A stretch of 64,000 bases of DNA, from assembly GCA_016748015.1 (NCBI GenBank), contig JAAOMT010000448.1, positions 1-64,000 on the forward strand. The letters run 5' to 3'. Under the pieces are notes generated by a model, which did not search any database, was not told where the DNA came from, and saw only the letters and a list, made by a program, of their open reading frames with translations. The position numbers were made by a program, and so were the translations under genes. Positions 52,268 to 64,000 of this stretch are shown here, one piece after another. This stretch comes from Geosiphon pyriformis uo1 (Eukaryota > Fungi > Glomeromycota). Position 1 is the first letter of the stretch. Each line of letters starts with the position of its first letter.

Positions 52268-55255
52268 ATTTACCAAATACGTCATTTGTGCCACATACTG
52301 CATTTTCTTAATGTGTTCCGTGAGATCCTTGCCTTATTTTTATGCCTTATAATTTCTTCCATATCTGCACTTTTGCCAACCATGTTTTCTCACGATACAC
52401 ACTCTCATTCTCGTGTCCTTACTTATACAAAACCCTTTTGCTAAGGTCATGTGCATACTATTTATTATAAATAATATTTTTTTAATAATTTAAATTAAAA
52501 AACTTTCAAAATATTTTAATAATTAAACCAATAACAAAAATAAACATTTGGTAAATATTTTTTTTAAACAGAAAAATTATTATAATAAAATTTTTTATTA
52601 ACTTTATTTATTATAAATATTTAATTAAAAAGAATTTTAAACAAAATTTATAAACAGTTTTAATTAGCATAATAAGATAAATATTTATTAAAATACTTCT
52701 TAATTATAAGGTTTTAAAATCATAAAAATTCAGAATTTTTTTATAAATTAAAAAATCTTTTTTCTATTAAATATATGTTTAATAATTTGAAAAAATAAAT
52801 CCAAAACAAGTTAGTTATAATATTTTTTAAATTTTTTAATAAATCTACTGTTTTTTTATTTAGTAAACTATTAATTATATCTAATAATTTTTTCAAAAAA
52901 TTTATGTTTATTATTTTAACAAAAACATTATTTTATCATTTTTTAAAAAGTATATTAATTTTTCTAAACCAAAAAATATTCTTAAAAGACACTTTTCAAA
53001 ATTTATTTTTTATAATTTTATTAATCTTAGATTTAATTTTAACAAAATCTAAAACAATATTATTATTTTTATTAAGTAATTAATATTTTTTAATTATAAA
53101 CAATAATTTAATATAAAAAAATTTTTTTTTATATTAAATTAGTTGTACTATTTTGAATTTTAGCATTTTTTGTTAATATTTTTACAAAATTTTGGAATTT
53201 AATTACATAGTTAAATTATAACTTATTTGCTAAATTTTTAAATATATTAACAAAATTTTAAATATTATATAATTTGAAATATAATATAATTTAATTATTA
53301 TATTTAATTATTTTTGTGTATTTTTACAAATTAAGTAATTAATTAAATAATAAATAATAAATATAAATAATATTATATATTAATTAATAATAAAAATTAT
53401 AAAAATAATTTTATATAATTAATAACTTAATTTTTGTTTATTAATAATACAGAATTTATTAATATAAAATTAAAAAAAAGTGGAAAAAAAACCTTCTTTC
53501 TCTCCTTTATTCCAAATTCCCAAAAAAGAGTCAAAAGTTTTTTGAAAAAAGTTTTTACAATTCAGTACAATAAATTCAAATCTTTCTTGGTTAATTATGA
53601 AACTACTATTGGCTATAGTATTATTGTGATAAAAAAGTCTGTCAAAGACTTTGGTACTGATACTATTGGTAAAGATATTGCTTCTAAGAAAAAAAGAAAA
53701 AAAGAAATTCTAAAAGATAGTACTACTTATGAGATAGTTTTGTCTGAAAAGACAGTTGGCAGTTTTTGGAAGTCTGAAGCTAGTAATACCACTGAATTTG
53801 ATAGTATTAATATGAAAGAAGAGTGTTTAGTTAAAAAAACCAGTATGAATTATGAAGAAAAAAGTGTGTTTAATGAAAGTGATTTCAATTAAACACCAAA
53901 AAATCTGAAATTGGTGACAAAAAAGGCTTTAAGTATGTCATTGGAGAAAATCAATTTCTTGAATAATGTTAATAATGATAACATTCTCTTGAATGCTCTT
54001 GTAATTTTCCCTCTGCTGCTGAAAAATTTGATCAATGTGTCTATTAGAAAATTGTTTGCTTTGAATATTGGTTTGGACAAGGTGGTTGGAAAATTTTTTC
54101 AAGAAAAGTTGATAGTAGTCATAAAATTATTTTCAAAAATTAATGGTTTTGGAAGAAGTTTCTACTCTCTTAAAATTTTCTGGAATTATCAAAGCAATAT
54201 TTATTTTTGAATTAAGTCTGGTACAGACTACAGAAAAGGCAAAAGCAGCAAATATTCTGGTAAATACCAATCTAAAAAAATCTGCAGTGTATTCAAATCA
54301 GCATTTTAATTCACATATAACTGCTAGTTTTACTAGTAAATTAATTGCTGGTGCTCATACATACTTTATGAAAGCATTGTATCATTGGCTATTTATTGCT
54401 GTTTGGAAGTGTTTATATAACAAACATTACTCCAGTGTGTTTTGTTTGTATTGTGACAATGTTGAGATTTTGGACCATGCTTTTTTTTGTGTGATTGATG
54501 TGTCTGTTTGCCATTAATTGTTGGATGCCCATGTAGCTGCTTAGAATGTGACTTCTGGTCTTTTTTTTTTTCTTATGTGTCTTAATTGTTATTTTTTTGT
54601 GTTATATTGCTGTATACACGGCTCTTTGTAAGAATTTTGTTTTTAAAAATTGGCTTCAAGAGACTGTATCTGTCTTTGGTAACTTTAAAGTTGTGGTTCA
54701 GAAGGTCGTGGACTTTGTGTATAGCTTTTGTCTTACTTTTAGAAATAAGATTTAGTTGGTCTGTACTAAACATCATGCTTTTATAGAAAAAAATGGGCTA
54801 ATACCAAGTAATAGTTCAGCCTTGATTTCAGTTTTTGGGTTATTTTCAATGTTTTCTGCTAATATGGTTAAGTTGCTTGGTATTGCTGAAGCATTCAGTA
54901 TTGGTTTTGGTTTTTGTAAGCATAGTTTGTTTTTTTCAGATATTAGGAATTCTATTATGGTCTATGTAGGTACTTAGTGTTGTTCTGACTGGTTTGAATG
55001 GCTGGTCACATGTGAAAAATACATAATTCACACTTAGTTTAAATTAATTTTTGATATATAGTACTAGACAGTATTTGGATCTCTCTTGTTAAATATATAT
55101 AAAAAAAAAAATAATACATAATTTTTTTTCTATAATTAACAAATAAATATTTAAAGTAAATGACTTTTTAACAATAAACTTGACTTTTTTTTTGGTAAAA
55201 AAATAGCTAATACAAATAATAATAAAAATAAACATAATTATATTTTTTATTATAA
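52268..55255 (+). repeat. Dispersed repeat copy A (interrupted by LINE derivative)
   Basis: 52268-53451 plus 55119-55255 align with 61482-62725. Confidence 0.9.
53452..55109 (+). mobile_element. Internally deleted LINE derivative (ORF1-like 5' part fused to ORF2 3' end), poly(A), TSD aataataca
   Basis: TSD at 53443-53451 and 55110-55118; empty site at ~62584-62592. Decayed 5' ORF (ETTIGYS..KFSGIIKA..VNTNLKKS) joined directly to TYFMKALYHWL..YSSVFCLYCDNVEILDHAFFC. No RT or endonuclease in between. Confidence 0.88.
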
Positions 55256-56333
55256 ATTAATTTGTTTAATTTTAGTAATTTTAAAATTAAATTATTTTTA
55301 TTTACTATTGTTCAAATTAAATATTGTTTTTTATTGAAAAGCTTTTTTTATCATATTTTGATTTATAATATTTTTTTTTACTTTAATTATTAATATTATT
55401 AGCTTAAAATACTGGATTTTTAAAGAATAATTGTTAATAATAATAAACTGCTTATTAATTATAATAAGCTTTTTTAAAAACAGATTATTATATTAAAATA
55501 CTTAATTTGTTAATTTTATATAAAATAATATTTTTTGAAATAAATTAACTTTTTTTTTTACTTTTTTTTTAGTTATGTTTTCAGTAATCCTGTTTATTTT
55601 TTCTGGTTTTTAAAATAAAAGTATATTAAAAAAATAATTTGTAAAATAAATTAAGTAAAGAAAAAGAAAAAGAAAACAAAAATATTTTTTTACCTTTTTG
55701 GCTCTTGATAATATATAAATCAACAAAAAAAAAAAGAAACATTTTTTTTTGTTTATTATAAATAAAATATAATGTTATTTGGTTTAAATGTCTTAATCAT
55801 ATTTAAATAATTAATAAAATGTAATTTATTTTGAAATACTTTGAAAATCAATAATTATTTATTTTTAATAATTCGTTTTATTTTATTTAATTGTTTTTAA
55901 CATGTCAAATTAAAACTTTAATATTAAAAAATGGTTTTTTAAAAAACAAATCTTATTTTTTTGGATTATATAATTGGAAAAAATAAAATTTAATCCAATC
56001 TATTAAAATTAATTTAATAAATAATAATGCTTAAAAATAGAAATTATTTTCTTAAAGTTTGAAAATGATAAATACATGGAAAATATAATAATAAAAAACT
56101 CTTAAACTTATTAAAAATTAAGCTTATTTAGTATCTTAAACTGTTTTTATATATATTTTCAATGAAAGTTATGTTTTAATTATTTTTTATAAATTTCTAA
56201 ATCTTGAAAAGATTATTATTTAATTATTTTTATAAAATAATTAATCAAAAGATGGTCAAATTTCAAAAAGTCATTTAATTTTATTATCGAGATTAAGAAT
56301 TTGATAAATTCAAATGATTTTAATTAATAATAA

Positions 56334-57772
56334 TACGACAGGGTGGAATCTGAGATAACAAATAGTAAAACCTGCGATAGATTAGTAAAACCTGCAATAT
56401 GGTAAAAACCTGTAAACCCCGTGATTGTATCAAGTGAAATCTGCGATAAATAGACATTTTTTAAGAGCAACGGCCCCTTTAGAGGCCAGACCCAATTGAA
56501 CTGTAAAGTCGACCAAACTAAGTGGCACAACTTTGAATGGAAAATTCAAACGAGTAATACTGTTATTACTGAGACAGGTAAGCTTAAAAATAGAGGTCCT
56601 TCTTTATTACATATAGCAATCAGTTTTTAAGAACAACGGCACCTTTTGAGAGCAGACCCAATTGAAAGTACTGTAAAGTTGACCAAACTAAGTGACACAA
56701 CTTTGAATGGAAAATTCAAACAAGTAATACTGTTATTATTGAAACAGGTAAGCTTAAAAATAGAGATCCTTCTTTATTACATATAACGATCAGTTTTTAT
56801 TGCAAAAAACTCAAATCTTTCCATAGATGACAAAATCCATTGTATAACCACTTTAGGGAGGAGGACGCGACTTCCAATTGCCATTGCCCTTGCTTTGTAG
56901 GTTTTTTGCAACCCATCGTATTGATACCAGAATTTTTAAAATTTTCGAAACGAACATCGGCAATATGATGGATGTCGTTACAAAAAGAAACTCCCATCAG
57001 GCGATATCTATATTAAAAAATTAATAAATAAATACAGTAAGTGATAAACTTAATTCAAATTTACCTTTGTTTTATAATTTGATTTTCTTTAGGAAAATTG
57101 ATTTCTTCTGGTAAATCTTTGTTCTGAAGAGACGTCTTTTCATTAATGGTGCTAATTCCCGTAACATTGATGACAAGGATCAAAGGCAGTCGCTGGTCTA
57201 TTTGTCTTTTTTATACGGTATCACCCATTCTATTAATAAAGATAAAGTTAATACTTTTTAATTTTGATTAGAAATTATTCTTTATTTTATACCCTATTGG
57301 AACATCCAAGATATTCTACGTATGCCAACTTTGAATTTGAATTTTGTTTGCATCTTCATTTACAAGTGTAATGGCTTTTACATCTCCTTCACGTACCTTA
57401 ATATTCAATAAAATAATATTGTATAGACGTATAATTCATATAAATAATAATCTCTTACCCACTTCTTATGCATACAGTCATGATCTAGCATCGAATAGTT
57501 GGCAATAATGGGCGCCAAATGGCCTTTTTTGTTTCAATAGAGCTAGTAGACAAAGCATAATCGCCCATTAGTGATACTGTTATGGTAGTAAAGATAATGT
57601 ACCTTTACCTTCTTTACACATTTTATATATTTCATTTTCTCACTTGATACAATCACGGGGTTTACAGGTTTTTACCCTATTGCAGGTTTTACTAATCTAT
57701 CGCAGGTTTTACATTACATGGCTGATCATCGCAGGTTTTACTATTTGTTATCTCAGATTTCACCCTATCGTA
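56334..57772. mobile_element. Non-autonomous DNA transposon with ~115-130 bp subrepeat-containing TIRs
   Basis: Left tacgacagggtggaatctgagataacaaatagtaaaacctgcgat...gtgattgtatcaagtg; right cacttgatacaatcac...atcgcaggttttactatttgttatctcagatttcaccctatcgta. gtaaaacctgc subrepeats; flanked by TAA (or TA). Confidence 0.92.
56457..56799 (+). repeat. ~170 bp tandem duplication inside the TIR element
   Basis: agacccaattgaa...gaccaaactaagtg..acaactttgaatggaaaattcaaac..acaggtaagcttaaaaatagag..cagttttta occurs twice. Confidence 0.92.
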
Positions 57773-58291
57773 TAATAATTTTCTCTATAAGCAAACTAAA
57801 AAATAACTACATTAATGAAAATTATTATTATTATTCTATATTAAAGATGAATTCTTTTTAATATTTAGAAAATTTGAATGAAAAATATCGAATTACACAT
57901 TTTAAAATTTTAAATGTCTCTAATACTTATATTGAGTCTTAATATGTAAATAATTGGTTATTTAATAAATGGCAATTGATATGTAAATGGTTGTATAAAG
58001 CAATAGTGATACAGAATTTTTCATGCTTTTACATGAAACTGAACTGTTCGTTTAGGTAACAATACAATGAGACTTTCTTGGCGCTTTTTGTGTACTATAG
58101 CTACTTAAATTTATTCTCAATTAAACCTGATTTGTAACAAGTAATAGTTTGATAATGAATAACGACATTTTATGATTGTTAACGTTAGAGAAACAGCATA
58201 AATATCAACTCTGCCTTTAATGAATTACATTCTAAAAATCTCTATTTATCAAAAAATTCTCATAATAACCTATTCACATTGTATCCACACC

Positions 58292-58696
58292 ATGGAAAAT
58301 AAAGAAATTAAAATGGATCTTCCAGAAACTCATGATTCCAACCTGTGTGAATACAAAAAGGTAATATATCATTTCATACAAGTGTCTGTAGCAATCATCT
58401 CTACCTTTTAATAAGATTATTATAATTATTATTTTATTTATTTTCAGGAATCAATCAAAACCACAAACCAATTGCCCCCACCGAGCATTGTTAATACGAA
58501 TGGTACAAACCCCATTGTGTCTCGGACTACTCAAAATGAAGTACTTGCAAACTTCTTTCAAGAATTGCTTGCAAAGAAAAACTCAAAAAACCAACCGCCT
58601 GGACCTCAAGGATCTAGTTAGTCCACAGTAACCACAAATGTGTCAACACGAAAGATGGTAAAAGAAGAAATAGATAAAATGTTGTACTGGAAGTGA
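58292..58696 (+). CDS. Small two-exon ORF resembling only the C-terminal tail of dynein light intermediate chain (80 aa to TAG 58619-21; 105 aa if read to TGA 58694-96)
   Basis: Exon 58292-58360, intron 58361-58447, exon 2 ...TTQNEVLANFFQELLAKK...GSS*STVTTNVSTRKMVKEEIDKMLYWK*. Confidence 0.6.
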
Positions 58697-59292
58697 TGTT
58701 GAAAAGTAGATGGGTCACCATGACGATTCTTCGAATTGCCTTTTTCTTTTGTTCCTAACCAAGATTTTATATCCCACGAATTTTTACTTTGAAACTTCCT
58801 GTTATTATGACTCCTCGGCTTAAATTTGTGATACATATATACACATATATATAACCTTCCTCCCTTCTCATACGTGTATCATACTTTCGACAAATACTCT
58901 ATATATCCAAGTTTATAAATATCTTTAAGACACGTTGTATTTTTTTCCAGTTTTCGATGGTTTTACTATGGTGTTTGTTGTATTTGTTTTTTCTGTTTCA
59001 TGAACATACCCTCATAAAAATATATTCTCATATAATGGTGTCTCAAATTAGGCAGGTTGAAATATTTGTGGATTGGCATCGATATTTCAATAATTTCTTG
59101 GATTCTTTTTCGCCTATCGAGTTTTTTTAATTTGGGAATTGGATTATCGATAAATTTTCAAACATACAACCTTTATATCTTTCATATCCTGTTAGAATTT
59201 ATTTAAAAAACATGGCTTCAATATTTGATATATAGCACTAAAGAGGTCCAATAAACCAACAACAGAAAGATTTATACTAAAATTTTCCATCG

Positions 59293-59392
59293 CTCTTTTG
59301 CTCTCTTGCTCTTTTGCTCTCTTGTTCTCTTGCTCACTTGTTCTCTTGCTCACTTGTTCTCTTAATCTCTTGCTCACTTGTTCAACTCCTTT
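59293..59392. repeat. Pyrimidine-rich 8/16-mer minisatellite (ctcttgctcacttgtt)
   Basis: ctcttttgctctcttgctcttttgctctcttgttctcttgctcacttgttctcttgctcacttgtt... Confidence 0.85.
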
Positions 59393-61481
59393 TCCTTTCA
59401 CTCTTCTCTAGTTTTTCTTTTGGACTGAATTATCAGCCACATTAAATATTTTGATGATTGACTTTTTTTTGTTATACAAAGGATCACTTGAATTTTATGC
59501 AGAGAACATGAAAAAAGAATAGGGAAAGCGAGGATGGAATATTATTACTAGTAAATTCATAATAATTATTTTTAGTAGGTGGATAATAGATTAAACTCTT
59601 AATAATTTTTATTAATTACTTAGGTACTTTGTCAATCTACTCGATTTTGAAACTATAATTCAATAACGAATTCATTTTATTATTTGCAATATATGATTTA
59701 ATCAATTAAAGATCGGGTATTAACTCTATGAAATTAATTTCTTGGGCATTAATATCAATCCCGTCAAACGATTCGTTCAAATCACATTGATTACCATGTA
59801 GTCCGAATTTAACCATTTATTTTAAAAAAATCAGCTTTATTAAGAATATTTTCTGTTTTATTAAAATCAATTCTTCTTCAAAGTAGACTTGATTAAAAGA
59901 ATAAACAATGTATGCTGAATAAATTTTGGCAGAATGTTCAATTAAAAACCAATTTCAAAAATCTTGAAACTATCAGTTAAACTGTTTTTCAACTGGAAAC
60001 AAAAAAGGCAAGATAAAAGAGAATTAAGTTTGATATACACTAAATTATTTTGATTATGTTCTATAGAATAATCTTGAGTTTCTTGTGCTAAAAAAAAAAA
60101 AATCATCCATACATAGTAAATGAATTAAGGATTTGACAACCTCACAGAAAGCACCATTTTTATATTATAGTAAAATGTAACATGCTAATGGATAGCCAAA
60201 AAGAACAGTATTATATGGCAATAAAAATAATCAAAAAGTAATTTAACTTTAATAAGCAAATTAAATTAGTAAGAATTCAATGTGTAAAATCAATCTCATA
60301 AATATTTTAGTCGTTATTTTTTCCAAAAAGTAACAAAAGAATCTGAAAATAGAGAAATAGTTTGTACTGTCAACAAAAAATAATACATTAGTATAATTCT
60401 ATGCTTTATATTAGCACACTTAGAATTTAATATTAGATATCAATTGTATTTTTCTGTAAATATTTATTTAATATACTTTAAAAAAACTAACAATTATACA
60501 AATTAAGAAAAGAAAAAAAATAGTAAAAAAAGTTGATATTATTGTATTAATCTTTGTTTTAAATAAATTTGATTTGAGTGTAAATGTTTTTCTACAGCTT
60601 CATAAAGTCTTGTTTATATATTCTTAAAAAAAATCAATAATTAAGTTAGTAATTATATTAATGATTTGGTTAATAATTAAATTAATAATTAAATCAATAA
60701 ACAAATCAATAATTAAGTCAATAATCAAGTTATTAATTAAGTTAATAATCATATTAATAATTATTTCTAAAAATAAAAAAGTTAATTAATAATATTAGTG
60801 GTTAATACATATAATTAACTATAACTAAGTAAATAGATAAAACTAAAAAATAAAAGATTTAATCATAATAATATTAATCGTATTTAATTATAGATAAAAA
60901 AAAGTTATTAAATGTTTTTAATAACAAAATTAAAAAATTTAATTTATGTATTTAATAAGTTTTTATAATTAATTTTTATTTAAAAATAAAAATCAAATCA
61001 AATTTAATTTAATTATTTTACTTAAGTTTTAAAATTGATTTTTTGTTAACAACTAAATTTTTTTAAAAAATATATTTTTTTTAAATTAAAATTATATATA
61101 TATATACATATGTTGTATTTTATAAAATAATACTTAAAAGCTTATTATTTTCTATATTATTTTATATTATTTAATAATATTATTAATTATTTGTTATTAT
61201 TATTATTTATTTATATTATTATATATTATTTGTATTATTTTATATTTTATGTATTATTATTATTTTTGTTTTTAATTTTTTTTATGTATTTTTTTTCATA
61301 ATAAAATTAATTTTTTTATTTAGATAATAATAATTTTTGCTTTAATATTTAATTTTTTTTAAAAGTTAGTTTATATTAAGATTATTTTTTAATATATACA
61401 TAATTTTATTGGTTTAAAGTCTGGTATTAAAAATAATATCTCAATGAATTTTCTATTGAATATTATTTTTTAAAAATTTTT

Positions 61482-62725
61482 TTTACCAAATACATTAATT
61501 ATGCTTTTACAAACTCATAGCTTCTATTATATATTGCATTTTTTTAAGATATTTTATGAAATTTTTGCCTTATTTTTATGTCTTATAATTTCTTCTATAT
61601 TTTTATCTTGATTTTTTCATATCTGTTTTCGTCTTCACTTTTGCAACCATGTTTTTTTATGATACACACTTTTATTTTTATGTTTTTACTTATACAAAAC
61701 CTTTTTACTAAGATTATATGCATACTATTTATTATAAATAATATTTTTTTAATAATTTAAATTAAAAAACTATAATTATATTTCAAGATTTTTTTAATAA
61801 TTAAACTAATAACAAAAATAAGCATTTGGTAAATATTTTTTTTAAACAGAAAAATTATTATAATAAAATTTTTTATTAACTTTATTTATTATAAATATTT
61901 AATTAAAAAGAATTTTAAACAAAATTTATAAACAGTTTTAATTAGCATAATAAGATAAATATTTATTAAAATACTTTTTAATTATAAGGTTTTAAAATCA
62001 TAAAAATTCAGAATATTTTTATAAATTAAAAAATCTTTTTTCTATTAAATATATGTTTAATAATTTGAAAAAATAAATCCAAAACAAGTTAGTTATAATA
62101 TTTTTAAAATTTTTTAATAAATTTACTGTTTTTTTATGATATTATTAATCTTAAATTTAATTTTAATAAAATTTAAAACAATATTATTTATTTTATTAAG
62201 TAATTAATATTTTTTAATTATAAACAATAATTTAATATAAAAAAATATTTTTTTAAAAAAAATTCATTTTATATATTTAGTTGTACTATTTTAAATTTTA
62301 GCATTTGTTGTTAAAATTTTTACAAAATTTTGAAATTTAATGCATATTTTGTTAAATTACAACTTATTTGCTAAATTTTTAAATATATTAACAAAGTTTT
62401 AAATATTATATAGTTTGAAATATAATATAATTTAATTATTATATTTAATTATTTTTGTGTATTTTTACAAATTAAGTAATTAATTAAATAATAAATAATA
62501 AATATAAATAATATTATATATTAATTAATAATAAAAATCATAAAAATAATTTTATGTAATTAATAACTTAATTTTTGTTTATTAATAATACATAATTTTT
62601 TTCTATAATTAACAAGTTAATATTCAAAGTAAATAATTTTTTAACAACAAACTTGATTTTTTTTTGGTAAAAAAATAGCCAATACAAATAATAATAAAAA
62701 TACATAATTATATTTTTTATTATAA
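61482..62725 (+). repeat. Dispersed repeat copy B (empty site for the 53452 LINE insertion)
   Basis: Near-colinear with copy A and reads straight through attaataatacataattttttttctataattaac. Confidence 0.9.
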
Positions 62726-62726
62726 G

Positions 62727-64000
62727 TTTTTTTTCTATTTAATGAATGAAACCCAAATGTTACCTAATATAATATATTAAACTAAGTAATCTAAACTAAA
62801 CACAAATTATGTATTTTTTACATATAATCAATTATTTGGACCAATTAAAATAATACTATAAATTTATCTTAACAGATATTATATTATTAATATCAGAGAA
62901 AAAACTGCAAAGCTTATGAAAACCAAAGCTAATATTATATACTTCTGTAATTTTAAACAATTTAATAATATTATCAAAAAGCAGAAATAAAAAACCACAG
63001 ACCTTAGAAGACATTGAATTATCATGTGCAATCAGGTTTTTTTTCTTTATTATTGCTTTATATTTAACTTTTATTATCTATATTTAGCTTTTACTATTTA
63101 TATTCCAACATAATAGGCTGTTTTCAAGCTTTGTACCAAATTAATAACCTTTCTATTAGCAACTTTGGTATTATTAAAAATGAACACAGCCTTCAAACAT
63201 TATTTTTTAAATACAAAACTCTTATACAAGACAGTATACACAAAAAAAGCATTTGTAAAACACAAAACAATAACAAACTTAAACCTAATATAGCATTTTA
63301 TTGAACCAAACACAATTTAAGCTGATTAATATAAACAGCAGAATCTATTAAATATACAAAAAAATAATTAGAAGTTTTTATTTTTTTACAATAAAGGCAC
63401 AATACATTAAAATATCTTCTATTTTATAAATATTTTTGAACAGTGATTGACAAGTAATAGTGCAAAGCTTTCATAAAATATAAATGTAAACCAGCAGTAG
63501 ATTTACTTGTAAAACCAGTTACCATATGTAAATTAGGGTCTTAGACTAAAAAAATTTGAATTCAATCCATATTTTTTGTCATGTTTATATCAATAATATT
63601 AGATCCAAACCCAATCTCTTAGCACATATGATAAACAAATCTAAAAATTCTATGAGTAAAATAATAAATATTCTTAGACATTATTACTTTATCAGCTCTA
63701 ATATATTTCTTATTAATAATAACAAAAAGTATCAAATTTGAGTATAAAGCTAAATTGGCCAGCTTATTAGCATGCTTATTGCTCAATACACCCAAATATC
63801 CTCTAACTTTATTCCAAGAAACATTAAGCTCTTTACTTTTAACAAAGTTTACAATACACCATCTTTTTAGCCAGCAATTATTGCAAAAATCTAGTAAATT
63901 TATGTTTAATTCCACAGCACAAGTATTTAAAGCAGTCTAACTGTTCAAATACATCACAACAGTACTATAAACTAAAACATATTCTAAAGCAAAAACAATT
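62727..64000 (-). mobile_element. Heavily AT-eroded LINE 3' part with RNase H remnant (runs off window)
   Basis: WNKVRGYLGVLSNKHANKLA is an eroded W.KVKGHSG..GNE.AD.LA RNase H motif. YFMKALHY knuckle region near 63460-63480; poly(T) on + strand at 62727. Confidence 0.8.

Noticed and set aside
1-64000. tRNA, rRNA, telomeric repeats or bacterial (endosymbiont-derived) genes
   Set aside because: None recognised by eye; all identified genes have spliceosomal introns. A tRNAscan/Infernal run would be needed to exclude small RNAs.

Overview
AT-rich, intron-dense eukaryotic DNA. It is most consistent with an early-diverging fungus (Glomeromycotina/Mucoromycota-like; inferred from intron size, gene families and repeat types). 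Gene islands with ~70-100 nt introns alternate with extremely AT-rich blocks that look like eroded transposons. Recognisable genes are the 3' end of PCID2/CSN12, RPB8, ASCC3/SLH1 helicase, VPS53, a BTB-BACK-TLDc protein, mago nashi, a CRAL-TRIO+RhoGAP protein, an ACOT13-like thioesterase, a Cdh1/Fizzy-type APC/C activator and SF3B6/p14. There is also a large disordered protein and two decaying lineage-expanded genes. Mobile DNA comprises a pogo/Tigger element, a FAR1/MULE-like TIR relic, a long-TIR element with a decayed USP-like cargo, and several LINE relics, one with a paralogous empty site. The leading candidates for something new are: (1) a 2-TM protein with PAC/TMEM206- or ENaC-like architecture; (2) a stand-alone microprotein made only of the dynein LIC adaptor-binding helix; (3) context-independent C>T/G>A hypermutation of duplicated DNA (RIP-like); (4) a putative NMD-triggering intron in the mago nashi 3' UTR; (5) a U12-type intron in RPB8; (6) an inverted VPS53 exon copy inserted into its divergent neighbour. 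All calls come from manual reading; no searches were run.
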